From the IMG/VR virus record IMGVR_UViG_3300027612_000005, positions 1,043 to 65,042 of that record: a stretch of DNA of 64,000 nucleotides. One strand, given 5' to 3'. Positions 1 through 12,000 of the stretch are shown here, piece by piece. Positions within the stretch are counted from its first letter, which is position 1. Every line of letters starts with the position of its first letter. The translations under genes and the position numbers were made by a program. The stretch comes from a virus (Duplodnaviria; Caudoviricetes). Under the pieces are notes generated by a model. That model made no database searches. It saw only the letters and a list, made by a program, of their open reading frames with translations, and was not told the origin of the DNA.

Positions 1-569
1 TCGTATGTAAATGCATTCAAGCTAAGTACCTTATCTAATGCGTCTGTTATTGGATTTAAATTTTCTTTCAATGTAATACTCGATGACTCAACCAAGATAG
101 TTGATGTTAATGTTCCTGTTTGAGGAACATAAGACAATTTACCACTACTTACATTAGCTGTGTTAATAGCACCCGAAGTAGAACTTACAAACATTGGATA
201 AAAAGTTCCACCACTTGTTGTGTCATTAGTTATAACTAATGACAAGTCAGTCCAGCTTAAATTTCCAGATCCATCTGTTATTAATGCATAACCGTTTGTA
301 ACTCCGGACCCTGGTAGTGTATACGTTGTATCTCCACTTAACGTAGACGGTGCAGTTAAAATTATACTACTAGTTCCGTCGTCTTCGGCTAGTTTTAAAG
401 AATGTCCGTTGTCAATTTTTACATGACTTTCCATGACAATCTCGCCATTGCCATTCGGCTCCATTATGATATCATCATCAGTTTTAACAGAAATTAGGCT
501 ATTTTCTCTAGATGATAATTGTCCTAAAACTGTTGAACCTGTTTTACCTACTGTAATTCGTCTTGGCAT
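1..569 (-). CDS. Tail fibre protein with C-terminal intramolecular chaperone (peptidase S74-like) domain; partial, runs off window start
   Basis: Not in ORF track. ATG at 569 with AGGGG upstream; open to position 1: MPRRITVGKTGSTVLG...TILVESSSITLKENFKPITDALDKVLSLNAFTY. The S-S-x-x-L-K-E-N..I..AL..V..L motif is typical of the S74 autocleavage start. Confidence 0.75.
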   Translation of the reverse strand, partial: MPRRITVGKTGSTVLGQLSSRENSLISVKTDDDIIMEPNGNGEIVMESHVKIDNGHSLKLAEDDGTSSIILTAPSTLSGDTTYTLPGSGVTNGYALITDGSGNLSWTDLSLVITNDTTSGGTFYPMFVSSTSGAINTANVSSGKLSYVPQTGTLTSTILVESSSITLKENLNPITDALDKVLSLNAFTY

Positions 570-579
570 TGTTTACCCC

Positions 580-918
580 TTACGCTGTTGCTGTTTCTAT
601 ACCGTAAACCATTACAGTAAAATCACCGCTACTTGTGTTTACTACAATAAATTTTCCAGCATCTACAACGATTCCTGTGCGTTCTAATACACCTTTAGCC
701 AAAACAGAAGTTTCGAATTCAATCCATTCCGATGCCGTTGGTGTAGTAGTGCTTGCTATAGCAACACTTACTGTTGCTTCTGTAACTCCTCTGTTTACAG
801 CATTAACTGATATAACTGCAAAAGTATCCACAGGCACTTCGTAAACAGTTGTATCTGTTGCGGCAGTCGGTGTTACTGGATTAGTTCCACTTGTGCCTTG
901 TAATATTCCATTTGCCAT
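580..918 (-). CDS. Small (112 aa) virion-associated beta-rich protein; paralog of 14916-15245 and 27153-27494
   Basis: ORF with GGAG RBS; shared T..VY.VP....A.I....N pattern with the two other ~110-aa ORFs. Confidence 0.6.
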   Translation of the reverse strand: MANGILQGTSGTNPVTPTAATDTTVYEVPVDTFAVISVNAVNRGVTEATVSVAIASTTTPTASEWIEFETSVLAKGVLERTGIVVDAGKFIVVNTSSGDFTVMVYGIETATA

Positions 919-936
919 TTTTTATTTCTCCAATGT

Positions 937-3900
937 TTATGTTCTTAAGAAGTAGTTGTACGCTAATGGTAAGCCTAGTACTGTTCCGCTAAACACTATG
1001 TTTGCTTTTATATTTATCGGATCACCGCTTACTGATGTAATTAAGTTGCTTCCAATAAAGATATCACCTGCTGTTACTGAGTTAACAACAAGCGATGCAC
1101 CACCGCCACCAATTTGTGCTTCGATGTATGCTTTTACTGCTCGCTGTGTCGGAACAATAGTATCCGAATTAGCTGTCATGAACGGGTCTGTACTAAATTC
1201 AGTAATACTTGCAGAGTTTCCTCCTAATGTAACTTCACCTAGTGTAAGTTCTTGTAGACCTGCAATGTTAAATGCATCTGCATTCAATGTAGCAACACCT
1301 GTTGCTTGTTCAACACTAAACAAGTCGCCAACTCTAAAGTTGCCGTCTTGGTCAGTTGCAGTGTAGAACACACGCCCGCCGTTTTCTTCGTTTGTTTCAT
1401 GATCCTGTTGCGGAGCATTTACTGGTATTCCAGGATAGTTAGTATCTACAAAGTTTCCTGTACCAATGTCTAAGAAATCGTGTCCTGTTAGACGTACTTG
1501 CGAGAATCTAATACGCATTTCTACACTATCGCCGTCAGCAGGGGCATCTTCAATTTCCATGTTAGGCGAAAGTTGCAAGAACGCAGTGTATGATCCTTCA
1601 TTTAGGCCTCTAAAGCTAACTACGTTAACAAGTTTAAAATATTGTCCTGGAAGGGATCCAAATACAACGTTTGATCCAGGTACTGGTCTTTCTGTTAATC
1701 TTCTAACAGCTACAAATTGTCCGTCTTGGAAGAAGTCTGCAACACCATTACTTGCATTTGCATTAACATCCGCACTTGCTGCTGTATATCCACTGCCTCG
1801 AGAAACAAAAGTTGGATTTGCAAGAGCACCTTTGCCAATTCTAACAGAAAGGATAACATCATTAATGTTATTAGGATCTGTTACTGTAATTGTAGGTTCT
1901 GTACTATAACCTGAACCTGGTTCACTAAGCCTAACTTCAAATAATTGCTCATTTGAAATACTTGCTCTTCCTTTAGCCCTTGCACCAATGTTAGCATACT
2001 TTGCACCTGTACCAGCGTTAAATGGTAGTATAACAAATTGACCTGTTCTTTGCGGATTGCCAAATGCTACTGCATTAAATCCGCCAGCAATTGCTCCACC
2101 GCTTAATGTATAAGCAGTCCATACCTGTCCATCTTCTGAATATTCAATTTCGTCAGTATCAGTTGAAGTAATAACAAACATGCCGTGTCCGTATGCAATT
2201 CTGCGCTCTGTTGCAGTTAAGTTAAGTGTTAGAGCAGTACCTTCTGATCTTTCTGGATCATACCACGTCTTACCATCTAGGCTATACATAGTACCGTTAG
2301 CTCCGCCAAGTGCAATAAATCTCCCGTTGCCAAATGTAATATCTGATCCTGCATTACCTGGAAGAGTTACATCGTTCCATACAATCCCGTTATTTGACCA
2401 TGCTGCGCTTGTTGTGCCGCTTGCTATTGCAACAAATACTCCTGCGCCGTATGTAATAGAATCAAACCCGATAGCTGATAATCCATCAGTAGTAAGTGTC
2501 CAGTTTTGGCCGCCATCGTCTGAGTAAGCAACATCTCTGTCTGCAGAACTAATTGCAACGAATCTATTTGCAAGAGTATCAATAATAGAACCAAATGTAA
2601 TTCTTGTTTCTGCTCCAGTATTCATTCCTCCCGGAAGTGAACTAGTTGACCATGTATCAGCATCTGCCGAATAAGCAACATTATTACTTCCGTCTGCAAC
2701 AACAACTATTACACTTTCTTTATATGTTGACGATCCGTCGTATTGCAGCCCGGATGCTATTCTTGACCATACTCCTGATCCTGCGCTAGGTAATGTCTCT
2801 GCTGTAAATGTTGTTCCGTCTACACTTACTGCACTAGCAGTAGTACTAGATACTGCTAAGAATTTACCCTTTTGTCCAACACCAGTAAAATCAAAGTCTA
2901 CTATAGCACCAGTAGCACTATTAATAGTAGTAATTGTAATAGTAATATCGTTTGTTGTTGCAACTCCGTCCAAGCTAGTTCCTGAAATAATAACAGTATC
3001 AAGTCTATTATATCCAGAACCGCCGCCGTTTAAAGTTACGTAATACTTACTTCCGTTCCTAATAACATCAAATGTTGCACCGTTGCCATCCGAGTCAGTA
3101 GTTGTAGCTAATCCAACATACTCAGCTGATGTTTCAATATATTTTACATCAGTCCAAGTACTAGATGACGGTAGTGTTAAATTACCAGAAGTTTTTGTTG
3201 GGCCGCTAAACTCAATTCTAGGTTCAACTTGATACACTGATGTTGAATTCGGTGTTACCCAAGGTGTTCCTGGAACAACATGGTCCCATCCTGCTAGTCC
3301 GTCTGATTCTCTAATAACTGTTGCTTCTTTTGATCCTGAATTATAAGTATTGATAATACCATACTGTCCAATTCCTGCTCCGCCAACAATATAAATTTTC
3401 ATTCCTGGGTATGCTGATGAAATATTACCATCTGTTGCAGCAAGGAATATTCCAGTATTGCTACCAGTTTGTGCAGTATTACCTACTACTACATATCCGC
3501 TGCCGCCAGCTGCGCCTGAAGAGTCGTTTACTTCTTCAATTCTTACACGGTAAACGCCGTCATCTCTAAATTCGTCGCCAACGACAACTTCGCTATCGCC
3601 TGCGCCAAATACATCATATGCTACTTCGGTATAGTCATTGCCTGCATGGCCAAATTCGTAGTTTAATATTTGATTGTTATCTGTATTAACCTGCGATACA
3701 GTTGCACTGTATTGAGTTCTGTTGTCTACAAGACCAGTAACTTGTACTTCGTCTGCATCAACGCCTTCAGCTACCGAACCCCAAGTTCCGTATGAGTTGT
3801 TTCCGTTTGTTGCACGAATACGTCCGCCGTTTTCTGCTAAGTAGCCTACATGCGAGTAATATGTAAACACTGACACAAGTTCTGCTCTACCATTGTTAGT

Positions 3901-6900
3901 GATCCAGGCTCCAATACCATCACTAATAACCTGTGTAAAGTCATTCGACACCATTGAGTCATTGCCGCCGTTATGCAGAGCTCCGTCAATTTTTTGACCA
4001 ACTGCTGCATAACCAAATGTTGTATTATTTTGCAAATACGGTGAACGTGATGTAATCCATACACGTTGGTCGTTTGGTCCCCAACCTGGGTCAAGCGATG
4101 CATAAGCACCCGCTGTTACTCTCGACGTACCGTATGCATTTGTAGGTGTTAAGTCGCCACGCAACCCATCGAGTGTTTGTAAACGTAAACCTGTACCATT
4201 ACGCATGTAGTAGAAATCTTCTTCTTGCGATCCGATTACACTATTAATATAATATCTTGCAGCAAGTTTTGTTTTATATATACCTGGACGATAAAAAGTT
4301 ATTCCATCTGTATATTCTCTCTTCCACTTATACGCCCATGTTAAATCCCATTTCATTGCATCAACATATGCAACTACATCTCGAGTACATAATTCTGTAT
4401 TATAATCGTAAACAGGAGCTACGTCAAACACTTCGTTGTGTTGTTGTATTACGGTTGTAGAACCATATTTAAATAATGAAATTGTAAAATGTGTATCGTC
4501 AACAATACTCTTAACAAAGTAAGTAATACTATCATCGAGACCAGCATTAGTTATTGCATCGGTAGAATCATCTGGATTAGTAAATCTAATTTCCATATTT
4601 TCTTCCATCCAAGCAGTACTTGAAATTTCAAATTGGTTATTAGATGCGTTTGTTTCAGTAACAGTGTCTTTAAAGTAGTTGTCAACGTGTGCTTGAACTT
4701 CAGCTACCATAAAGTCTTTATTCATTTCTAGCTGTCTAATTGCATTGTAAACTTCTATATCTTCAACTTGCGCATTGCTTCCTTCTGACGATCCGCCTAA
4801 GACAATATCATCAACGTATTCCCAAGTTGTATCAACTTGATTGTTAAATGCAGCTATTGTGGCGCCGCCTGCACCAGATGCTGTTATAATGTCTTTAATT
4901 TTTAATCTTGCAAATTCAAATGCTGCAATCGAAGCTTCTTTTTGGTCTAATAAAACATTTGCACTTGGAGCTCTTAAATACGATAATGCTGCAAAAAGAC
5001 TTTGGAAGTTTGTGCTTAGTGCTAAATCATATTCTGCTGCGTCAAAAATTAATCCAATATCTCGTGAGCATTTTACATGATTAAACACAAATTCGTTATA
5101 TGTATCTGTAATATATTGTATTGTGTCTAATATGTTTTGTGCTAATCCATTATCAATTGCTGTTTTTTCAGATTGTAGCGTTGCACTTACTGCCAATGCT
5201 GATAAGTTTGGACGCACAACTGCCGGAAGTCCTGTAGTGTTTCCTGCATCTAATACATCAATAATAATTTGCATTTTTGCAATTAACGCATTGCCTTCTG
5301 TTGCAGTGCCGGGATCGCCTAATGTAGTTTGTATTTCTAAATTTGTCGACGATACAGTTACTAGTTGTTCTCTAGCAATTAAATCTAGTATAGTTTGCAA
5401 TCTACCATATGCAGCTGATGTTTGTGCAGTTTGTCCTGCTGGGTAAGCTGCGCCGTCGGTTCCAAAATATGATTCTGCAATTCTTGTTGTTGCCATTGTT
5501 CCGCCATAAAGTATATCATACTTCATTGCTTCTACAATATATCCAACATCTCTTTCGCACTTAGTCGAATCGTATGTAAAATCTGTCCATATACCGCCAG
5601 ATTGATCAGCAATCCATGCAGTGATTTCTGCTATAATAAAATCTTTATTTGCTTCAATATTATTAAATGCAGCATCTGCATCAGTTGTTGGAAGTGTTGC
5701 AGGAGCTGGATATGTAAATGTATCTGCAGAACCATTTCCGTTATTAATAATATCTACTACTTCAACATATGCATTACTTACTCTTGTGATTGCAGTAGAA
5801 TCTGATAAATCGTCAATAATTAGATCTCTTATATACCTCAATGCTCCAACAGTTTGTGTTTTAGAATCTGCAATTCCGTATGCACCTGTAGGTCTGTTAT
5901 GTGCAATGCCATTAAATATAGCATTATAATTAGTACCCAAAGCAACATCATATGCAATATCAGTAGCAACATTACTAAGATCTGTACGCTCTTTTGCACT
6001 GTTATATGTAAATGTTCCAAAGTTTGCATTAATAAAATCAATAGTTTGTTCTTGGATTGTTGATAGGTCTCCGTTAACAGCACTTTCAATTGTAGTAATA
6101 TCAGCATCAGTGTACGAAGGTTTAGTAATTGTTGGAGCGTTTGCAATGCCGTCTCTAATTACTGTAATTAGATCATCCATTACATTGCCAATAATAGTCG
6201 ATGCACCTACATTGCCGCCGGTTCCTTGAATTTGTTCTGTTTCTGATTGATAAAGAGGAGAAACTGCAATATTTCGTCCGGTTGTTTGCATTAGTTCTTT
6301 AAGATACTGATATGCTGCTAGTGTTGCTGTTTTTTCACTACTATCAATTTGTAGTGTTCCGGTATTGCCATTAAAATATGCTTTACCTGCTTCAACACTT
6401 GCCCAGTTTCCTCCATATGTTAAATCATATGCAACAGAATCCATAATTAGCGATACATCTCTTTTGCATTTTGTTTTACTATACAAAATGTTTGGATACT
6501 GATCAGCAATGTATGCAAGAATTTCTTCTTGAATAAATTCTTTGTTAAGTAAAAATAAATCTCTTGAACGTCCGTTAGCAGGAGTAGACATGTCCCATGC
6601 GTTTTCGTATATAGTTTCAATTTTTGTTTCAAGTTTATCATCTATAGCACGTCTAATAGTTCTTGCTAGTTTTTCAACTTGTGGAGCAACAACAGCAGTT
6701 TCAGCAAATGGCCATTCTTGGCTTTGTATTTCTGTATTTCCTGTAGTTTTAGAAACCGCATTACCAGTAACAACATCGCCGATAATAGCTTCCATTCTTT
6801 CTAGTGCTTTAAAACTATACTTTACATCGCCTTTTGGTGTTAAGTTGTTTGCTTGATTATATTTTGTTCTCGGCTGCACATTTGTAGCACGTAATTCGTC

Positions 6901-8952
6901 GCCCATAATACAGCAAAGTGCCGGAACAATAATTGGAAGAACTTCATAGTACCTACCAGTTGATACTTTAATTAGTGTTGTTCGTTCTTCTCTTGCCGGA
7001 ATGTTATCAGCAACACCTGCCGTAATTGCATCGGTTATAATTCCAGTAAGTGATGTAATATTTGCAAGAGTCGATTCTGCTTCGATTGTACCATCAAACC
7101 ATTGATCAACAACTGCTGTTGAATTATCTCCGTTAGTGCTTTGATAATTAACTGTTGGTGCAGCTTGATTTAGTACAGCTTCGATTACTTCTAAACCATA
7201 TGTAATTGACGCAACTGTTTCTGTTTTCTGTCCTAGATACGGTGATCCTATAGTATCATTTATATATGCAAGTGCAGCTTCTCTTGAGCGCACATTGCCG
7301 CCATGCGTAATGTCCCAGACAAGTGCATCAACAATAAGACCCATATCTCTTTCGCATTTTGCGCTATTGTAATCAAAATCTGTAGTAAATGGAGTAAGTC
7401 CATTAGTTATTTGATAATCAGTCCATTCAACAATTTCTCGTTGAATAAATCTACGATTCATTTCTAGTAATCTTGCTGTTGATGGATTTTTAGCGCCTTG
7501 CTCTACTTGTGCTGCTGCATATCTAATACTTTTCCAAGGACGGTCAATTGATTGACCGTAAACTGGTGCAGGTTCATCAACGCCGTGTTCTGCAACATAA
7601 TAAACATCTTCGGTTGAGCCAACAAATGCCCATTCAGGTATTTCTGACTGATTTACTGTTAACACTTGACCGTTTAGTCCAATAGGCAATCTTGTTGGAG
7701 CACTGCCGCTATAATAAACCATATCGCCTGATGTAGTTAAAACGCTTTGCTCTGTACCTACTGCAATAATATGCCAGTATGTGCCGGTAATATCTTGATC
7801 TGGCCTAGAATTATCTGCACCACTTACTTGTGGTATTTGGGTAGAGCCATCGTCGCCTTCAGAAAGGTGTCCTAAGATGCAAACATATGAGTTATCGCCA
7901 TAACGAACAACATCTCCTAGTAGATATTCCGAATCATCGACCCATTCGCCTTTCCAATTAAGACCAGTTGTTAAGCGTTTCCAATATAATATATTAGGTG
8001 GCTGCTGATCTGTATGATCTTCAATACATACATAACTATATCCACCATGTGTTACCAATTCGCCAATTTTATATTCATAGCCTGTGCTATCTTCTCCCCA
8101 TTCGCCTAAGAATTTAAAGCCTTCGGAAAATAGATCCCAATCTGTATTATCGAATGTTGTAGGAATTACGTTAGTATTATCAGTTTTTGAAATATATTGA
8201 TTACCACCGTACTGTACAATATCTCCTGGTTGGTATTGGCCTTGATAGTTCCACTCATTTTCGTACTGGAATCCTTCTACAAATTTTTCAAATTTATCGG
8301 AGTTTGTTGCAAAAGAGTCAGCAGCTGATGTATGTTCCGTAGTACAAATCCACAAACTTGCACCATATCTTACAACATCGTTAATTTTATATCTTGTTTC
8401 AGTTGTCCATGTTGCTTTATATTCAAGACCTTGATTAAAGTAATCCCAGTTAGATTGGTCTGCTTCTAACCCAAGAGCTTCTGTTGCAGCAGAGGTATGT
8501 AATGTATTACATACATATGTAGTACCGCCATATTTTACAACATCATTAATTCTATATCTAGTGTCTGTTGACCAATTACCTTTCCAGTCAAGACCTTCGG
8601 CAAAAATATCCCATTTAGCTAAATCTGCTTCAAGACCGTCTTCGATAGTTGCGGCAGAAGTATGTATTGTATTTGCAATATATAATCTTGCACCATATGA
8701 AACAATATCGTCATATATGTATTCAGTACCTGTTTGCCAATCTCCCTTCCAGGTTTGACCATCACTTACTAAATTCCATTTTGGTGGTGTAATGTCAAAA
8801 TCACTAAAGAAGTCTGACTGACTTTCGTGTCCTACAACACAAATATAAATCTTACCTCCAAGTGATATAACATCATCTTGATAATATGTTGTAGAAGATG
8901 TCCAAGCACCTTTCCAAACAAATCTAATTCTACCTAGTTTAAACTCTGCCAT
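937..8952 (-). CDS. Giant virion fibre/appendage protein (2671 aa): N-terminal WKGxW carbohydrate-binding-like repeats, helical KCxRD repeats, beta-helix-like region, BNR/Asp-box propeller
   Basis: Repeats W(K/N)G.W.....Y...DVV.YGG..Y.C; Asp-box-like motifs YSDDGGQNW, YSLDGKTW, YSEDGQVW; C-terminal SQVRLTGHDFLDIGTGNF block shared with 9001-14496. Confidence 0.7.
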   Translation of the reverse strand: MAEFKLGRIRFVWKGAWTSSTTYYQDDVISLGGKIYICVVGHESQSDFFSDFDITPPKWNLVSDGQTWKGDWQTGTEYIYDDIVSYGARLYIANTIHTSAATIEDGLEADLAKWDIFAEGLDWKGNWSTDTRYRINDVVKYGGTTYVCNTLHTSAATEALGLEADQSNWDYFNQGLEYKATWTTETRYKINDVVRYGASLWICTTEHTSAADSFATNSDKFEKFVEGFQYENEWNYQGQYQPGDIVQYGGNQYISKTDNTNVIPTTFDNTDWDLFSEGFKFLGEWGEDSTGYEYKIGELVTHGGYSYVCIEDHTDQQPPNILYWKRLTTGLNWKGEWVDDSEYLLGDVVRYGDNSYVCILGHLSEGDDGSTQIPQVSGADNSRPDQDITGTYWHIIAVGTEQSVLTTSGDMVYYSGSAPTRLPIGLNGQVLTVNQSEIPEWAFVGSTEDVYYVAEHGVDEPAPVYGQSIDRPWKSIRYAAAQVEQGAKNPSTARLLEMNRRFIQREIVEWTDYQITNGLTPFTTDFDYNSAKCERDMGLIVDALVWDITHGGNVRSREAALAYINDTIGSPYLGQKTETVASITYGLEVIEAVLNQAAPTVNYQSTNGDNSTAVVDQWFDGTIEAESTLANITSLTGIITDAITAGVADNIPAREERTTLIKVSTGRYYEVLPIIVPALCCIMGDELRATNVQPRTKYNQANNLTPKGDVKYSFKALERMEAIIGDVVTGNAVSKTTGNTEIQSQEWPFAETAVVAPQVEKLARTIRRAIDDKLETKIETIYENAWDMSTPANGRSRDLFLLNKEFIQEEILAYIADQYPNILYSKTKCKRDVSLIMDSVAYDLTYGGNWASVEAGKAYFNGNTGTLQIDSSEKTATLAAYQYLKELMQTTGRNIAVSPLYQSETEQIQGTGGNVGASTIIGNVMDDLITVIRDGIANAPTITKPSYTDADITTIESAVNGDLSTIQEQTIDFINANFGTFTYNSAKERTDLSNVATDIAYDVALGTNYNAIFNGIAHNRPTGAYGIADSKTQTVGALRYIRDLIIDDLSDSTAITRVSNAYVEVVDIINNGNGSADTFTYPAPATLPTTDADAAFNNIEANKDFIIAEITAWIADQSGGIWTDFTYDSTKCERDVGYIVEAMKYDILYGGTMATTRIAESYFGTDGAAYPAGQTAQTSAAYGRLQTILDLIAREQLVTVSSTNLEIQTTLGDPGTATEGNALIAKMQIIIDVLDAGNTTGLPAVVRPNLSALAVSATLQSEKTAIDNGLAQNILDTIQYITDTYNEFVFNHVKCSRDIGLIFDAAEYDLALSTNFQSLFAALSYLRAPSANVLLDQKEASIAAFEFARLKIKDIITASGAGGATIAAFNNQVDTTWEYVDDIVLGGSSEGSNAQVEDIEVYNAIRQLEMNKDFMVAEVQAHVDNYFKDTVTETNASNNQFEISSTAWMEENMEIRFTNPDDSTDAITNAGLDDSITYFVKSIVDDTHFTISLFKYGSTTVIQQHNEVFDVAPVYDYNTELCTRDVVAYVDAMKWDLTWAYKWKREYTDGITFYRPGIYKTKLAARYYINSVIGSQEEDFYYMRNGTGLRLQTLDGLRGDLTPTNAYGTSRVTAGAYASLDPGWGPNDQRVWITSRSPYLQNNTTFGYAAVGQKIDGALHNGGNDSMVSNDFTQVISDGIGAWITNNGRAELVSVFTYYSHVGYLAENGGRIRATNGNNSYGTWGSVAEGVDADEVQVTGLVDNRTQYSATVSQVNTDNNQILNYEFGHAGNDYTEVAYDVFGAGDSEVVVGDEFRDDGVYRVRIEEVNDSSGAAGGSGYVVVGNTAQTGSNTGIFLAATDGNISSAYPGMKIYIVGGAGIGQYGIINTYNSGSKEATVIRESDGLAGWDHVVPGTPWVTPNSTSVYQVEPRIEFSGPTKTSGNLTLPSSSTWTDVKYIETSAEYVGLATTTDSDGNGATFDVIRNGSKYYVTLNGGGSGYNRLDTVIISGTSLDGVATTNDITITITTINSATGAIVDFDFTGVGQKGKFLAVSSTTASAVSVDGTTFTAETLPSAGSGVWSRIASGLQYDGSSTYKESVIVVVADGSNNVAYSADADTWSTSSLPGGMNTGAETRITFGSIIDTLANRFVAISSADRDVAYSDDGGQNWTLTTDGLSAIGFDSITYGAGVFVAIASGTTSAAWSNNGIVWNDVTLPGNAGSDITFGNGRFIALGGANGTMYSLDGKTWYDPERSEGTALTLNLTATERRIAYGHGMFVITSTDTDEIEYSEDGQVWTAYTLSGGAIAGGFNAVAFGNPQRTGQFVILPFNAGTGAKYANIGARAKGRASISNEQLFEVRLSEPGSGYSTEPTITVTDPNNINDVILSVRIGKGALANPTFVSRGSGYTAASADVNANASNGVADFFQDGQFVAVRRLTERPVPGSNVVFGSLPGQYFKLVNVVSFRGLNEGSYTAFLQLSPNMEIEDAPADGDSVEMRIRFSQVRLTGHDFLDIGTGNFVDTNYPGIPVNAPQQDHETNEENGGRVFYTATDQDGNFRVGDLFSVEQATGVATLNADAFNIAGLQELTLGEVTLGGNSASITEFSTDPFMTANSDTIVPTQRAVKAYIEAQIGGGGASLVVNSVTAGDIFIGSNLITSVSGDPINIKANIVFSGTVLGLPLAYNYFLRT

Positions 8953-8973
8953 TTATTTAACTCCGCGTTGTAG

Positions 8974-8980
8974 TATTTAT
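8974..8980 (-). promoter_or_regulatory. Putative late promoter ATAAATA
   Basis: T4 gp55-type TATAAATA core in the short intergenic gap, ~20 nt upstream of the 2671-aa gene. Confidence 0.55.
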
Positions 8981-9000
8981 CATACTTCTTTTTTTATACT

Positions 9001-12000
9001 TTATTGCATGGTTTCGTCAAAGCCTTTAAAGTAAAGCATTTGACTAATTATTGTTCCTGATATTCCAGTTAATTGTTCAACTTCGTCTTCGTCAGTGTAT
9101 ACGCCATCAAAAACTGCTGGTCTGTCAAAGAATATATACTCGTCTGACGCACTTCGAATAACATTGTCTGAGGTACCAAAACTAACTCGTCCCGCAATAA
9201 CATTGTTTGCTTCTAAGTTTTCGCCACCTACTGATAGTCGTTGTTCTAAGAACGTTGTAACAGCCCGTTGAGTCGGAATAACATTATTACTATCTTCTGA
9301 CATAGTTGGATCTGTACTAAATTCTCTAACAACCGTACCTGTACCACCTAATCTAACGCCGCCTAGTGCTAGTTCGCTCAAACCATCTAAGTCAAAGAAC
9401 TCGGCACTAATAGTAACAATACCCGTTGCCTGTTCGACACTAAACAGTTCGCCGCCTCTAAAGTTGCCGTCTTGGTCTGTACTTACATAAAAGACTCGTC
9501 CGCCTTCTAACTCAAGTACTTCGTTTTCAGGTGCAGCAGTAAAGAATGCGCCGCCTGCATATATTTCAGGATAATTGGTCTCTTCAAAATTTCCTGTACC
9601 TATGTCAAGGAAGTCATGTCCCGAAACACGACACTGCGAATATCTACTTCTTAACGTTGCTCCTGTTAAGTGCTGTAAATTATATTCGTTCTTTAATTTT
9701 GGAGTTACTTTAAACTGAACAAGTCTAGTACCGTTTCCGGTTCCGTCGTCTCCGAGGTCAATAATTTCAATACCAGTAAATAGATCTAAATCATCTGGAT
9801 CTACAGTATCTTCATCAAGAATGCCATCAATTCTAATTTGCACACCGGGTCCTGGTACAATACTAACTCCTGTTAATGTTAATGTATTTTCTTCAGGAAT
9901 AATGTCAGCAAAACCGTCTCCTGAAATAGTAATTTCTGAACTCGAACTTCTATAGCCGCTTCCTCTGTTTATAAAATCAGGTTGAGGTAAAGCGTTATTT
10001 CCGAGTCTCGGGTCTATTTCAACTTCTACAACAAAGGAGTTGTCTGTAACAGTAAAGACTGGCGGAGCAGCGTCTGTATAATTACTACCCGGATCCCATA
10101 TTAAGACATTTTGAAAACTTCCTTGAAATACATCAGCTCTTACTAGTGCTTGTGCACCTGTTCTAATATGTTGACAGCTTCCACTAACTGTTGAATTTGA
10201 ACTCACTGCTACAAAAGTACCAAAATTATTAAGATCAGCATATGCTACCGAAGTCCAATTTTGACTCGATGGCAATTCTTTTGATTCCCATGTAAGACCA
10301 AATTGTGATTGGAAAACAAAATTACTAGCTACGCCGTCAAAATCTCCTACAGCCATAAACAACCCGTTTCCAACTTTTACATCTTTTACACTTACTTCTG
10401 TTGTTCCTATACCTGTATTATATTCAATTGTTCCGCCAACAAGCCATGTTTCGCCGTGATCTAATGAAAATATAGTTTTTCCTGTGGCATCGACTGCAAT
10501 AAATCTATTATTATGATAAACTAAGCTCACCCAATCATAATTTCCTGCAGGTATAACATTACTATACATAGACCAATTAATGCCATCGGTTGAGTATGCA
10601 ACATCTTTCGTATTAGATCCTGCTATTGCAAGAAAAGTACCTGCTCCATATTCAACTGCTTGCCACTGATCTCCTGTAGAATCATCTCCTGTAGGGAGAG
10701 TCATAGCACTCCACGAGAGTCCGTTAACGCTATATGCTCCATTATTACTATTTTCAGCAATTAATACAAATGTATTATTACCAAATGCAGCATCTACCCA
10801 ATTTTCTGTAGATGGCAATGCTCGCGTGATCCAAGAATCGCCGTCATATGAAAAACTTAATCTACTTTCATTACTGGCTATTGCAATAAATCTATCCAAT
10901 CCAGGGACAACTTTCGTAAATGAACCTTGAAAGGACAATTCACGTTCTTGCCAGTTGATACCATTTTCGCTAAAATATACAAATTGATCATTATCAATTA
11001 AAATAAAACGTCCGCCAACCGGAGTACCTGTTTCAGTAAAAGTTAAAATACTGTTTGAGCTATCGTCTGAAACTGATTCAACTGTTATTGTAATATCGTT
11101 AGCAGGACTTGCTCCTCCTAACTGTGTTCCTGATATTGTTATAGTATCTCCTATAGCATATCCTAAGCCGCCACTAGATAGTGTAGTATTATATACTGCA
11201 CCGACTCGTTCAACTCTAAATTCTGCTGCCGCTGGATCACCATCGAAAGTTTCTCCAGTTCCTAACTGCGCTGTTAATCCAAGATACGTTTTTGTATGCC
11301 CTCCGAAAGCAATATCTATAAATTCTCTCGATGCCGGCAAACCCCTATTAGTAGTAGTAAAGTTAGGTTTTGTAGCAACAATTCTAGGTTCTATTCTGTA
11401 TTGTGCTGTAGAATCTAACGACTGTTCAATTGGCGTACCTGGCACAACATGGTCCCAGCCTGGCTGGTCGTCGCTATCTTTTAGTACGTCTACAACTCGA
11501 GTTACTGGATCAAAATCAGCAATATAGCCATACTGCCCTCCTCCGTCTCCTGAAATTATTAATATTCTACAGCCAACAATTTCCGATATATCTTTTGTAA
11601 CATCAGTTGCCGATAATGTAATCGAAGATGTTGAATCCACAGTTACTTGTGCATAACCCTGTCTTATTAAGAACCCACTGCCGCCTTCGCTACCTGATCC
11701 CTGTGTGTTAATTAACCTTGCCTCAGACAGTGCTCCTGTTCTAAAGGATTTATATTCAACATCTGCAAAATCCCCAGCACCGACAATTTCTGCATCTGCG
11801 GTTGTATATTCTTGTCCTGTATTTGTATATTCAAATACATAAACATGATCGTTCGCGCCGCCTGCAAATGCTTGCTTTACTTGTGCTTCGTTATTTCTAT
11901 TCCAAACTAAGCAATCATCAGGAGTTTCGTCTAAATCGTTTCCTTGTGCAATACTTCCAAAACTTCCGTATGAGTTATTTCCATTAGTAGCTCGTATTAC

